From positions 12,524,001 to 12,588,000 of the forward strand of contig NC_135830.1 of assembly GCF_964213995.1 (NCBI RefSeq): a stretch of 64,000 bases of DNA, written 5' to 3'. The stretch comes from Mustelus asterias (Eukaryota). The notes below the pieces were generated by a model that was not told the origin of the DNA, searched no databases, and saw nothing but the letters and a program-made list of their open reading frames with translations. The position numbers and the translations under genes are program-made. Of the stretch, positions 1-11,680 are shown piece by piece; the first letter of the stretch is position 1; the number at the start of each line of letters is the position of its first letter.

Positions 1-584
1 TCAAACCCGATTTTCGAGGGAGTTAGCAAACTGATCCTCACGAAAAGAAGAGGGCATTTTCCTGCGGCACGGATGGTTCATTTCTCTGCTGATGCTGAAT
101 ATTCATATCCAAGATCGAAAGAGGGAACATGGTTTGGCTGAGGAGGAAGGATTGTAATATTTGAAACATGTGCAGCAAATCAATCACCATGCCCTCACCC
201 AAATTAGTGAAGGTAACAAGCTGTAAAATAAATAATGTGGCAACAGATATATTGTGAAACTCACTGGACAACTACAAGTGTTACATTATTTCCCAAAACA
301 ATGTAATAATGAATCGGGATTTAAAAATTCAGTAAAATCATATTAGGTGCAAGGTAGTGTAATTCATATCATTCCTTTGGAAATCATCACACCAGTTATG
401 TATCAGGAGTTTAAAGCGCAGAGACTGTTGGGTAGCGACTCATGATCCTCAGTCTGAATTCGTTCAATTTCCCACTGCATTCTGGGACAGATTTTTATCC
501 TTGTTGACAAAAAGGTCAATACAGTGTCAAGAAATGTTAATATCAATAAATTATTCAAAGCAAAGTTGTACAAAATGAAATACT

Positions 585-1100
585 GAAAACAAACAGAAAA
601 TGCTGGAAAATCTCAGCAGATCTGACAGCATCTGTGGAGACAGAATAGACCCAACGTTTCGAGTCTGGATGACGCTTCAGCAGAGTATTCCTAATGCGTT
701 GGAGAGATTATCATTGTATCCAACAAGGTGTCAGACAAGCTGCATAACTTTCTTGTGAGATGTGAATAGTTCAAAGAGGCACTGTTTAATTATATGCACT
801 ATTTCGAGCCACACACAAGTTGCATGAACTTACATACCGATCCCAAATATCATAATCAACTTATCCATGCTAACTGACCAAATCACCGTCTCAATCACTA
901 ACTATATCCTAAAGAAACTTCCTAATCCCTTTCCACCCTCATCAGTTCCCAATGTCATCGCCCTCTTCAATTTTCTCCAAATAAAAAAAGGGTCATCCTG
1001 ATTCGAAACTTTGACTCTATTCTCTCACCACAGATGCTGTCAGACCTGTTGAGATTTTCAGAATTTATTATTTTTGTTTCAGTTTCCAGAATCCGCAATG
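585..1100. mobile_element. Inverted pair of the same Penelope-like repeat (585-684 and ~985-1100)
   Basis: GAAAATGCTGGAAAATCTCAGCAGATCTGACAGCATCTGTGG and its reverse complement ~300 bp downstream; decayed CTGANGA..CGAAAC cores. Confidence 0.7.
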
Positions 1101-1879
1101 TTTTTCATTTATTAAAATGCTGAATATAATTGGTGAAATAATTGTTTATCTGTATTAATTGATATTAATTGGTGAATTGGAACTACCCCGCCTGGATATT
1201 TCCCTCCAGACGCTCATAAACCTGACTTGGACATATATTACCGCTCCTTTAGCGTCGCTGGGTCGGAGTCCAGGAGAACCCTTCCTAACAGCACTGTGGG
1301 TGTACCTACACTGCAGGTTGTGCAACGGTTCAAGGTGGCGGCTAACTACCAGCTTACCGAATGCACTTCGCAATGTGAAATAAATTACAGCTTAGACAGT
1401 TACCCACCTTCCATAAAGTAATTTTAAATAGACTAACCTTTGTGAATGAATGAGAATTGGTGAATGCATTTATTAAATTGTGAATGGACGGTCATTAGTG
1501 AAAATAATTACTATCTTTCTGAACATTTATGACATTCTCCTTATTTGCTGGAAGATTTAAGGTTTGTAGTTAATTTATTAATGTCACAAGTAGGCTTACA
1601 TTAACAGTGCTTTGGAGTCACTGTGAAAATCCCCGAGTCGCCACACTGTAGCGTCTGTTCGGGGACACTGAGGGAGAATTTAGCCTGGCCAGCGCACATT
1701 ACCAGCATGCCTTTTCGGACTGTGCAGGAAACTGGACCACCCAGAAGAAATCCACGCATAAACGGGGAGAATGTACAGACTCCGCACAGACACTGACCCA
1801 CGCCGGAACCAAACCAGTGGCCCTGGCACTGTGAGGCAACAGACCTAACCACTGTGCCACCATGGCACCCACAATTCCA

Positions 1880-2440
1880 TAAGACATGCATGATTCAAAT
1901 TTATCACACATTTTTGCAAACTAAACCGATGGAAGAGACTGTTACAACTACAGGCATATCTCAGTCATAACATCACGGGAAAGATCTTTGCTGAGGTCAC
2001 ACTTGAAATACATCATCTGCTTGCAGACCGGGTATATCTGATGTGCAGTTTAGTGATTGTATTGGAAGATTTACTCCAGCCAACAACTTCTCCATGTTCC
2101 ATATATGTCCATATCTTTAACGTACTTCGGTCAATCTCGCTAAGACATTCACCACCGTCAGCAGGGCAAGGAATACAGGATTTTGGTGATAACTGGTTCT
2201 ACACCAAAGCTCCTAATATCCATTCATGATACAAAAACAATAACACACAATGACGAATGGTAGCTTAATGGGCAGCACTTGTGGCCGAACTAACTTTTCA
2301 AAAATTGGCCTCCTCAATCATCAGAAAAGATGACATATGTAAAGGAAGCCAATCTGAATTGGATGTGTTTATTGTGTGTCCGTCATGTAGTGTAAATGGA
2401 AGGATGCACGTGATCATTGTGGAATTAATTTGTATCAAAC
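1880..2440 (+). mobile_element. Decayed RTE-type LINE remnant (paralog at ~18580-19130)
   Basis: gactgttacaactacagg...ggaaagatctttgct...cttgcagaccgggtatat resembles the RTE motif DCxNYRGIS..GKVFA..LADRVYPE. Confidence 0.55.
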
Positions 2441-3914
2441 ACGGTGTATTTCACACAACACACACACACACCAAGATGCTCAATGTGGGTCCCGCAAGGA
2501 GCACTCGATTCCAGAAATGATTTGGAAAGAGCCCAAATATGGATTTTTAAAAATAAATTAAAAAGGTGAATAGAGAGTGCCTGCCCTTGACATCGACGCA
2601 GCGTCTGACCGTTTGTGGCATCAAGGAGCCCGAGCGAAACTGCAGTCAATGGGAATCAGGGGGAACAGAGTCCACTGCCTGAGTCATACTGAGCACAAAG
2701 GAAGATGATTGTTGATGGCCAATCATACCAGTCACACGCATTGCTGCAGGAATTCTTCAGGTTAGTGACCGAGCCCCAAGCTTCAGCCTTCATCAAATTT
2801 CAGAAGTGGGATTTTCACTGATGATTGCACATAGTTCAGCACCAGTCGCGGCTCCTCAGACACTGAAACAGTCTGTGTCCATATGCAGTAAGACTTCGAA
2901 AACATTTAGTGTTTGGCTAATGAATGGCAGGGAACATTAATGCACCACAAGTGGCAGGCAATGACAGTCTCCAATGAGGGAGATTCCAAACCACTCCCCA
3001 TGACATTAAATGACATTACCCATCGCTGAATTCGCCCACCATCAACATCCTATGAATTATAATTCTTGAAAATCTGAACAGAGACAGACGTTTAAATCAT
3101 TTGGCCACACGAGCAGGTCAGACGCTCGGAGTTCTGCTGTGAACAACGCACCTCCTGAATTCCCAACTCCTATCCATCATCTACAAGGCAAAAGACAGGA
3201 GTATGAACAGATATCACAGAACAGTCAAGCACAGGAACAGGCCCTTCGGCCCACCAAGTCTGTGCCGACACAGATGATTGAATATTCTCTACTTGCCTGA
3301 CGTGTGCCACTCAAAAGCTCAATGTCATTCTAGACAAAGTAGCTGGCTCGAAGAACACCCCACCCACCAGCTTCCCAAAGCTTGAAACCACATTCTCAAA
3401 GGAATTCATGGTTTGGCAACAAAAGCTGACTTTCCCAGTGACATCAAAATCACAACAATTTTAAACATACCATATCTCTGCCTATATTCAGCTAGCTACT
3501 GCCTCTGTCTGTATTACAGTAGGCTGTGCCTGGATCATATTCCAGGTGGTCATGTCTAAGCTATTTCCTGCACTTGGCTCAATATCAGGTGTTCGTATAT
3601 GAGACACAGGCCCTGCTTATATTATAATTTCTAAGTTATGGCGGTACTGAGCCATGCTTCTGCTGATCTGACAAGAGGCCGTGTCTCGATTCTTACTGCC
3701 TCAGAACATTTGCCACTGCATACTAAACTGGAGCAACTGCTTCATGCATGACACATGGTTCTGTCACAGTTATTATGCTAATAGTTCATTAGATTTTGAT
3801 AAACTAGATCTTGTTTACGTGAATGCTGCACTAGTCCATGTATTTATTTTTTTAAGACTATGTCACGTCTCAGCTATAATTGCATTTTGCAATACCTCCT
3901 ACTTGCTGCATTGT

Positions 3915-4215
3915 CCGTATCTCAGTGTGTATCAGTCTAGGCCCTGTCCCAGTAATTATTACAAATAAACTGGGCTCTGTCTCAGTTTACATCAGTCTCG
4001 GTACTGTATCAGTAATCATTACTAATACACTGGACTCTGTCTCAGTTTACATCTGTCACTGTCCGGTATCTATTAGTAATTATTATTAATGCTCTTGACT
4101 CCATCTCAGTCGAAAGAAATTTAGGTCCTGTATCATTAATTACTGGGCTCTGTCTCAGTTTATATGCACAAGCTCCAATGTCCAGTAAAACTGCACTAGA
4201 CACTGTCTCAGTTTT
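3915..4215 (+). repeat. Degenerate 60-bp tandem repeat (paralog 23420-23775)
   Basis: TCTGTCTCAGTTTA.ATCAGTCT recurs at a 60-nt period (3976, 4036; 23541, 23601, 23661). Confidence 0.8.
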
Positions 4216-4827
4216 ATTTTCCTCGACATTGTCATATATATTTGTAATGTTTGTTTCATGGGATGTGGGTGTCACTGAAAAGATCAGCATTTGGCCTTTG
4301 ACCATCCCTACATGGCACTCGGAACGAACCCATTTCTATTTTGCTGGATCAGGACCCCGTTTATGTTAAATTAGAGTCTATCTCTGTTAATACACTGCTA
4401 GACTAGAAATCAGTTTATATTGCACGAGCCACACTCTCTGGTTCAGTCATATTTGATCCTGACCCTGTGCATATTTCACTCGACTGTGTTAATGTTATGC
4501 CTGCACTTAACTTTGCCTCTATTTGAATGATGTCTGCATTTCCCCGCGGTTCTACGAGAAGAAGAGATATTATGTTGGATGAAAAACAGTGGTCTCTGGC
4601 AGGATTCTGAAACAGGCAGTATTGGATCGACAGTATTTGGTCGGTGCGGGCTTCCAGTGCCGAAGGGCCTGTTCCTCTGCAGTAAATTTCCTTGTTCTTT
4701 GTTCTGTGTTGACAGTGCATGCTATACAGGTCTTAGTATCCATTTTCAATGCAGTCAGCAGAAGTAGATTTCAGATAACACAGCTTCTTTTCCTTGTTTA
4801 AGAGGATGTTCCTTGTTTAAGAAGATG

Positions 4828-7038
4828 GTCCTCGGGTTGAAGTTCTGAACTGGAAAAAGGCCAAATTTGATGAAATGAGAAGGGATCTGGGAAGTGTGGA
4901 TTGGCACAGGCTGTTCTCTGGTAAGGATGTAAATGGAAAGTGGGAGGCCTTCAAAGGAGAAATTTTGAGAGTGCAGAGTTTGTATGTTCCTGTCAGGATT
5001 AAAGGCAAAGTAAATAGGAACAAGGAACCTTGGTTCTCGAGGGAGATTGTAACACTGATTAAGAGGAAGAGAGAGTTGTATGAAATGTACAGGCAGCAAG
5101 GAACACATCTGATGCACGAGGAGTATAAAAAGTGCAAGAAGCTCCTTAAGAGGGAAATCAGGAGGGCTAAAAGAAGACATGAGGTTGCTTTGGCAGACAG
5201 AGTGAAGGAAAATCCAAAGAGCTTCTATAGGTATGTTAGGAGCAAAAGGATAGTGAGAGATAAAATTGGTCCTCTTGAAGACCAGAGTGGTACACTGTGT
5301 ATGGAACCAAAAGAGATGGGGGAGATACTAATTGTTTTTTTTGCATCCGTATTTACTGAGGAAACGGGCATGGAGTCTACGGAAATAGGGCAAACTGGTA
5401 GGGAGGCCATGGAACCGTTACAGATTAAAGGGGAGGAGGTGCTTGCTGTCTTGAGGCAAATCAGAGTGGATAAAACCCCAGGACCGGACAGGGTATTCCC
5501 ACGGACCTTGAGGGAAGTGTTGAACTTGCAGGGGCCCTGGCAGACATATTTAAAATGTCAGTATTCACGGGGGAGGTGCCGGATGATTGGAGGGTGGCTC
5601 ATGTTGTTTCGTTGTTTAAAAAAGGTTCCAAAAGAAATCCAGGAAATTATCAGCCAGTAAGTTTGACGTCGGTGGTGGGCAAGTTATTGGAAGGTGTGAT
5701 ACGGGATAGGATCTACAAATATTTGGATAGACAGGGACTTATTAGGTAGAGTCAACATGGCTTTGTGCGTGGTAGGTCATGTTTGACCAATCTATTAGAG
5801 TCTTTCGAGGAGGTTACCAGGAAAGTGGATGAAGGGAAGGCGGTGGAAGTTGTCTACCTGGATTTCAGCAAGGCCTTTGACAAGGTCCCTCATGGGAGGT
5901 TAGTTAGGAAGGTTCAGTCGCTAGGTATACATGGGGAGGTAGTAAATTGGATTAGACACTGGCTCAATGGAAGAAGCCAGAGAGTGGTTGTGGAGGATTG
6001 CTTCTCTGAGTGGAGGCCTGTGACTAGTGGTGTGCCGCAGGGATCGGTGTTGGGTCCATTGTTGTTTGTCATCTATATCAATGATCTGGATGATAATGTG
6101 GTCAATTGGATCAGCAAGTTTGCTGATGATACAAAGATTGGAGGTGTAGTGGACAGTGAGGAAGGTTTTCAAAGCTTGCAGAGGGATTTGGACCAACTAG
6201 AAAAATGGGCTGAAAAATGGCAAATGGAATTTAACGCAGACAAGTGTGAGATATTGCACTTTGGAAGGACAAATCAAAGTAGAACGTACAGGGTAAATGG
6301 TAGGACTCTGAAGAGTGCAGTTGAACAGAGGGATCTGGGAATACAGGTACAGAATTCCCTAAAAGTGACGTCACAGGTGGATAGGGTCGTAAAGAGTGCC
6401 TTTGGTACATTGGCCTTTATAAATCGGAGTATCGAGTATAAAAGTTGGAGTGTTATGGTAAGGTTACATAAGGCATTGGTGAGGCCGAATTTGGAGTATT
6501 GTGTACAGTTTTGGTCACCTAGTTACAGGAAGGATGTAAATAAGATTGAAAGAGTGCAGAGAAGGTTCACAAGGATGTTGCCGGGACTTGAGAAGCTGAG
6601 TTACAGAGAGAGCTTGAATAGGTTGGGACTTTATTCCCTGGAGCGTAGAAGATTGAGGGGAGATTTGATCGAGGTGTATAAGATTTTGATGGGTATAGAT
6701 CGAGTGAATGCAAGCAGGCTTTTTCCGCTGAGGCTAGGGGAGAAAAAAAACCAGAGGGCATGGGTTAAGGGTGAAAGGAGGAAAGTTTAAAGGGTATTAG
6801 GGGGGGCTTCTTCACCCAGAGAGTGGTGGGAGTGTGGAATGAGCTGCCGGATAAAGTGGTAAATGCGGGGACACTTTTAACATTTAAGAAAAACTTGGAC
6901 GGGTTCATGGATGAGAGGGGTGTGGAGGGATATGGTCCAAGTGCAGGTCAGTGGGACTAGGCATAAAATGGTTCGGCACAGACAAGAAGGGCCAAGAGGC
7001 CTGTTTCTGAGCTGTAATTTTCTATGGTTCTATGGTTC
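4828..7038 (+). mobile_element. CR1 LINE, 5'-truncated ORF2 (RT)
   Basis: ORFs 4875-5660, 5555-5749 and 5765-6790 contain YLDFSKAFDKVPH, GVPQGSVLGP and KFADDTK; (TTCTATGG)n tail; frameshift and stop. Confidence 0.95.
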
Positions 7039-7429
7039 AGAGAATTGTGTCTCCCTAAACACTTTCCTCATTACTGGCATTGTCCAGTGCAGTAAAAACT
7101 GAGACCATGTTCAATGCAATATAAACGTGGATAGGGTCAAATGCAGAAATAAGACTCCATCTAGTTTAATACAAACAGACAGGTCTAAATTAATACAAAC
7201 CGATGCAGCGTCTAGTGGTATGAACTGAAACATGTTGATGCATAATATAAACAGGGAGACGGTCTAATTTAGTATAATCAGAGAAAGCATCTCGTTTATT
7301 ATGTGTAGAGATAGGGTTGAGTGCAACATGAACCGAGGCACGACCTTATATAATAGAAGCTGACACAGGGTAAATTTACTGTCTAATAAAGAGACTGGTT
7401 CAATCCCCATGAAATCTGGAGAGACGGCC

Positions 7430-8020
7430 TACTGCCCCATCAAAAATTCACAGGACAGGAGTAACATGGGGTTAGCTGTAAAGTTCCCCCATGCATTGCC
7501 AAATTTAACACTCCCAAGTCAGGAATAGCATGATTTAGATACAAAGTGAACCTTCATCACACTATCAAAATAAAACATTCCTGGAAAAGGGAGACTGTCT
7601 AGAAACAGAGTGAAACTCCCTCTACAAAGTCTGCTCAAACACAATGAAGGCATACAGACCAGAGGCTCTCTTCGAGGTAAAACCACTTCTGCATTTTTCC
7701 TTCAGAGAATCGGGAGGCAAGTTTGAATTGGTGTTCGGTAGAGGGGGAAGATCCCTCGACACAGTCCCATAAAATACACCCAGGTCAGGTACAGCAGAGA
7801 TTAGATACGGATTAAATATCCCTCTACAAGTAATATCAAACATTCAAAGGGCAGGTATGTGAGTTTAGATGCAGACTAAATATTCCTCTCCACTGTCCAG
7901 TCAAACAGTCCAAGGGCAGGGATAAATACAGGGAAAATTTCTTTGGTACTGCCACATCGAATCCTTGTTACGAGGTACAACACAGGTTCGATACAGAGGG
8001 AAATGTATAAAATATCCCAA
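7430..8020 (+). repeat. Degenerate ~65-70-bp satellite (paralog ~25095-25370)
   Basis: Recurring CCCATCAAACACTCCCAGG.CAGGTACAGCA...TTAGATACAGAGTAAA..TCCCTCTACACTGT-like units. Confidence 0.75.
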
Positions 8021-8374
8021 GATCATAGAATGCTCAAGAGATCTTTTAGAGTAAATCTCTCTCATGGATTCCAATTCATTGCGTTGCATTCCTTACTACT
8101 CTGGCAGAGAGAATACATTGGGCAACATTGAATTCAGATTGTGGAGGGAAGACGATGAACTATCGTGAAGAGACAAGACACAGAACCAGAAGGAGAAAGA
8201 CAGAGAGAGAGAGATGAAACACAGGGAATTTCCACGAACACATTTGCCGTGTTACGACATTTCGGGATCAGAGGGATTATTTGCTAATTCTTAACATAGA
8301 TATTGTCATGATATTTTTTCTTCATATAATTGATGAATAACTAATGTATAAAAACAATCATTTCTGGAATCCGT

Positions 8375-8800
8375 TGATCAATTTGCATGTTTGTCTATTT
8401 TTCTGTGCTGTGTTGGTGGGGAAATATTTGTTGTCTCTTTGTCAGTCAACAATCTAATCTGGGATTTCTATTTCTGTGTTTATTTACATAAGCACCTCAC
8501 TGTTTACAATGAAATGTTCATGGCAGCAAAAACAGATAAACCGTCACTTATTCATTCGTTTCAACTCAAAATAGCGGTTATTTTAAGAATATTAACAGTT
8601 GGTTCAAAATGAATAGAAACCTTTTTAACATACATTACACCAGATGCTATTTAATTAAATGAATAAATACATTCTATTTAAGAATTTGTTCTGAAAGTTC
8701 TGATGTCACAATAAATAAAGTATCTGTGAACAGGCTGGTATTCCACTGAATGTTAATTTGAGTGATGATCTAAATTGCTTCAACTAGACAAGTTAAAACA
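8375..8800. promoter_or_regulatory. Conserved non-coding block with octamer (paralog 25680-26110)
   Basis: Visibly more similar between duplicates than the flanks; ATTTGCAT at 8381-88 and 25689-96; shared GGGATTYCTATTTC and CAGATAA motifs. Confidence 0.5.
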
Positions 8801-10073
8801 AAGAGAACTGATGTGTGAAATATTCCTGTCATAATTAGTGATCTGACTCACACGAGGGAAGAATAAAAAATCCAGTGTGGTTATCACTAAGTGATACAAG
8901 TAGCATTGCTGCGTCACAGTGACAGGGAAGCGGGTTCGATTCCAACCTTGGGTGACTGTGTGTGGTTTTTCACATTCGACCATGTCCATGTGAGTTTCCT
9001 CCGGTGCTCCGGTTTCCTTCCACAGTCCAAGGATGTACGGGTTAGGTGGATTGGTACGATAAATTGCTCCTTTGAGTCCAAGGATGAGCAACGTAGAATC
9101 ACAAAATCCCTACAGTGCAGAAGGAGACCATCGATTTATCAAGTCTGAACCAGCTGTCCAGCAGAGCATCATTCCCAGGCCCAAGGTGGATTGGCGATTC
9201 TAAATTGCCCCTTAGTGTGCAACGATGTGTAGGTTAGAGACATTAGCCTCTGAATATGTGAGGTTGTCGGGATAGGGTGAAGGCTGGGCCTGGATAGGAT
9301 GCTCTGCTGGAGAGCAGCTGCAGACTTGATGGACCGAATGGCCTCCTACTGCACTGCACTGGATTCTATGATTCTATGCTGCTATGATCAGCAGAGGAAT
9401 GAATATATTCGCATTAATCTCTCAGCACTTCCAACGTATTACAACTTTCATTTTGGTAGAGCTTACATTTATAGAACCCTTTACCCGACTTCATGTAGTC
9501 CCAAAGTTCTTAAAACTCACTGATGTACCTTTGCTGAATTTAGTCACTGCTATCATGTTGCAAATACAACAGGTAATGTACGTACAACAAACTCCCACAA
9601 ACCGAGATGTGATAAATTGCCAGTAAATTTGTGATTTTGTTTGAAGAATCAGTATTAAGGTAGGATATTGGGGAGAGCAGCCTTGCTCTTTAGAACTATA
9701 TCAATGAGATTTTGCATCCTGGCATCGATTTTAAATGTGAATCTGGTTCTCTATCTGCTGATGTACACTGACCTGCTGAGTAGCATTTGTGTTACTTTAG
9801 TTTTAGATTTCCAGAATCGGCAGCACTTTACACTGTTGTTATTGATCCTCTGGATGTGAGCATCACTGACAAAGCCAACAGTTAGTTGTCCCTGCTGAGA
9901 AGGCTGTTGTGAACCAGCTTGTTGAAACCTGCCCTCTGGATGATTTTATTATTTGTTTTTCCATAGCAGCTTTGATACAACAGGATGGCCTGCCCGGCAA
10001 TTTCAGTAGTGGCTAAGAGTCATTTTCATCATAGTGGAATTGGTGTCTAGGCAGAACAGACAGGGTAAAGATA

Positions 10074-10596
10074 GGAATCTTCGGTTTTCAGTTATTTCCA
10101 AAGAGACGATTTCGTTTGAAGTATAAAAGCAAATTACTACGGATTCTGGAATTGAAACAAAAAGAGAAAATGTTGGAAAATCTCAGCAGGCCTGGCAATA
10201 TCTGTGAGGAGAGAAAATAGCTGACATTTCGAATCCAGATGACCTTTTGACAAAGTTTTGACAAAGGGTCATCTTTAATCGAAAAGTAAGCTCTTCTCTC
10301 TCCTTCCAGGTGCTGCCAGACTTGCTGAGATTTTCCAGCATTTTCTCTTTACTTTGTTTGAAGTGTCTTCGGGTGGAGTAAATTGATTCTGTATCCTGGG
10401 GCGGAGGAATTGTAGGCTGACTCAAGACTATCGTCCTGAAGAAGAGACTTTAAACACTGTTCAGGGACCTGTCGGACCCAGACCATCCAGATACTGCCAA
10501 CATTGAACGCGTTGGCTTTGCAGGTCAGTCTCAAAGAGTTTCAGGGACACCCAGTTTCTGCCTCTCGCTGAGTCAACACAACCTCCGATTCGACAC
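10074..10596 (-). pseudogene. IGHV: Shark-type immunoglobulin heavy-chain V (IgM/IgW-like VH) pseudogene, interrupted and 3'-truncated
   Basis: The minus strand reads [51 protein letters not shown]...APG(fs)IQNQFTPPEDTSNK. After a 230-bp insert it resumes with TSNEIVSLEIT..LKTEDS. This matches the elasmobranch VH framework (VVLTQPEAETG.PG.SLRLTCK...WVRQVPGQGLEWL...KTEDT). It has a stop, a frameshift, an AA in place of the acceptor AG, and no YYC or RSS. Confidence 0.9.
10123..10352. mobile_element. Palindromic (tail-to-tail) Penelope-like non-autonomous element with 12-bp TSD
   Basis: Arms GAAAATGTTGGAAAATCTCAGCAG.../...CTGAGATTTTCCAGCATTTTC, flanked by TTCGTTTGAAGT (10111-22) and TTTGTTTGAAGT (10353-64). 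Confidence 0.75.
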
Positions 10597-11349
10597 TTGT
10601 AAAAATATCTAAAATCCTATGAAAATAAAACGCCACGCACTCCGGACATACTCGCTCACCTTTTTCCATCGGGAACAAGATACAAAAGTCTGAGGATACG
10701 TATAAACCGACTCAAAAACAATTTCTCTCCTGCTGCAATCGGACGTTTGAATGGACCTACGTCGCATTAAGTTCATCTTTCTCTACACCCCACCTATGAC
10801 TGCAAAATTACATTATTCACTCTCTCCCTTCCTTCCCTATATACGTTATTCTCTGACTGTATCGTGAGCAAGAAACAATATTTTGCACTGTGCACTAATA
10901 TGTGCGATAATAATAAGTCAAATGAAATCAAATGAAATATATCAAAAACACCAAGGATTATTCCCGGTGAATTGATTGCTGGCAATGGAACATTCCAGAG
11001 ACAGACTAACACCGAGGGAGTAACAGTGAAATCCATTGTCATGTCTCTGCTAGTCCAAGAGGTGAAATTGCATTTGAGCATCTGTTAGAGAAAAGAAACA
11101 ATTTCATTGTAAATTAAGTGCCTTTATTTCGTCACCCCTTCACAAGGGAATGGACATAAACAGATGACATTACATTATCAGGGTAAAGATGTCAGTCTGA
11201 TTTGCAATAATTCTGTGTCTCTAACACATTACAGCGAAATATAATTCATTAGAAGAATTATTATCGATTTATGTAACTTAATGCTGGGATGATTGTGTTT
11301 CAGGTGTGGATAGCTATCATTGTAATTTGGGACTGGATATAAGAAGAAG

Positions 11350-11680
11350 GGAAGCAGTGGCCTCGCGTTATTATCGCTAGACAATTAATCCACAAACTCA
11401 ACTAATGTTCTCAGGACCCGGCTTCGAGTCCCGCCACGGCAGATGGTGGAATTTAAATTCAGTAAAAACGTCTGGAATTAAGAATCTACTTATGACCATG
11501 ATATCATTGTCGATTGTGTAAAAACCTATCTGGTTCATTAATATCCTTTCAAGCAGGAAATATTCCGTCCTTACCTCATCTAGCCGACATGTGATTACAG
11601 AGCCACAGCAATGTGTTTAGCTCTCAACTGCCCTCGACAATGAGTGGGCAATAAATATTGATCAGCCAGCGGCACCCATA
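11350..11680 (+). mobile_element. tRNA-derived SINE with L2-group-like tail (other copies ~26815-27115 -, 56560-56850, 62430-62685 -)
   Basis: GCAGTGGCC..TTATCGCTAGAC..GACCCGGCTTCGAGTCCCGCC head. The tail GGGCAATAAAT.TTG..CAGCCAGCG is shared with the LINE 3' end at ~19600-19670. Confidence 0.75.

Larger units (their letters stand above)
100..10070 (+). repeat. Segmental duplication, copy A (paralog of ~16500-26790)
   Basis: Collinear non-repeat matches: 110-300 with 16503-16700, 3450-4790 with 22670-24280, 8370-8800 with 25680-26110, 9500-10070 with 26260-26800. Confidence 0.9.

Noticed and set aside
3915-4215. Regularly spaced repeats resembling a CRISPR array
   Set aside because: The whole 60-bp unit is repeated and degenerate, with no unique spacers, no cas genes and a vertebrate context. 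It is a minisatellite.
5765-6790. Long RT ORFs as a retron/DGR/novel RT system or host gene
   Set aside because: The motifs (FADD, GVPQGSVLGP, APE domain, microsatellite tails, 5' truncation) are those of ordinary CR1 LINEs.
11005-11045. Possible leader exon of the VH pseudogene (MTM..SLLLP|gt, minus strand)
   Set aside because: The position is plausible, but it is too short and out of frame to support.
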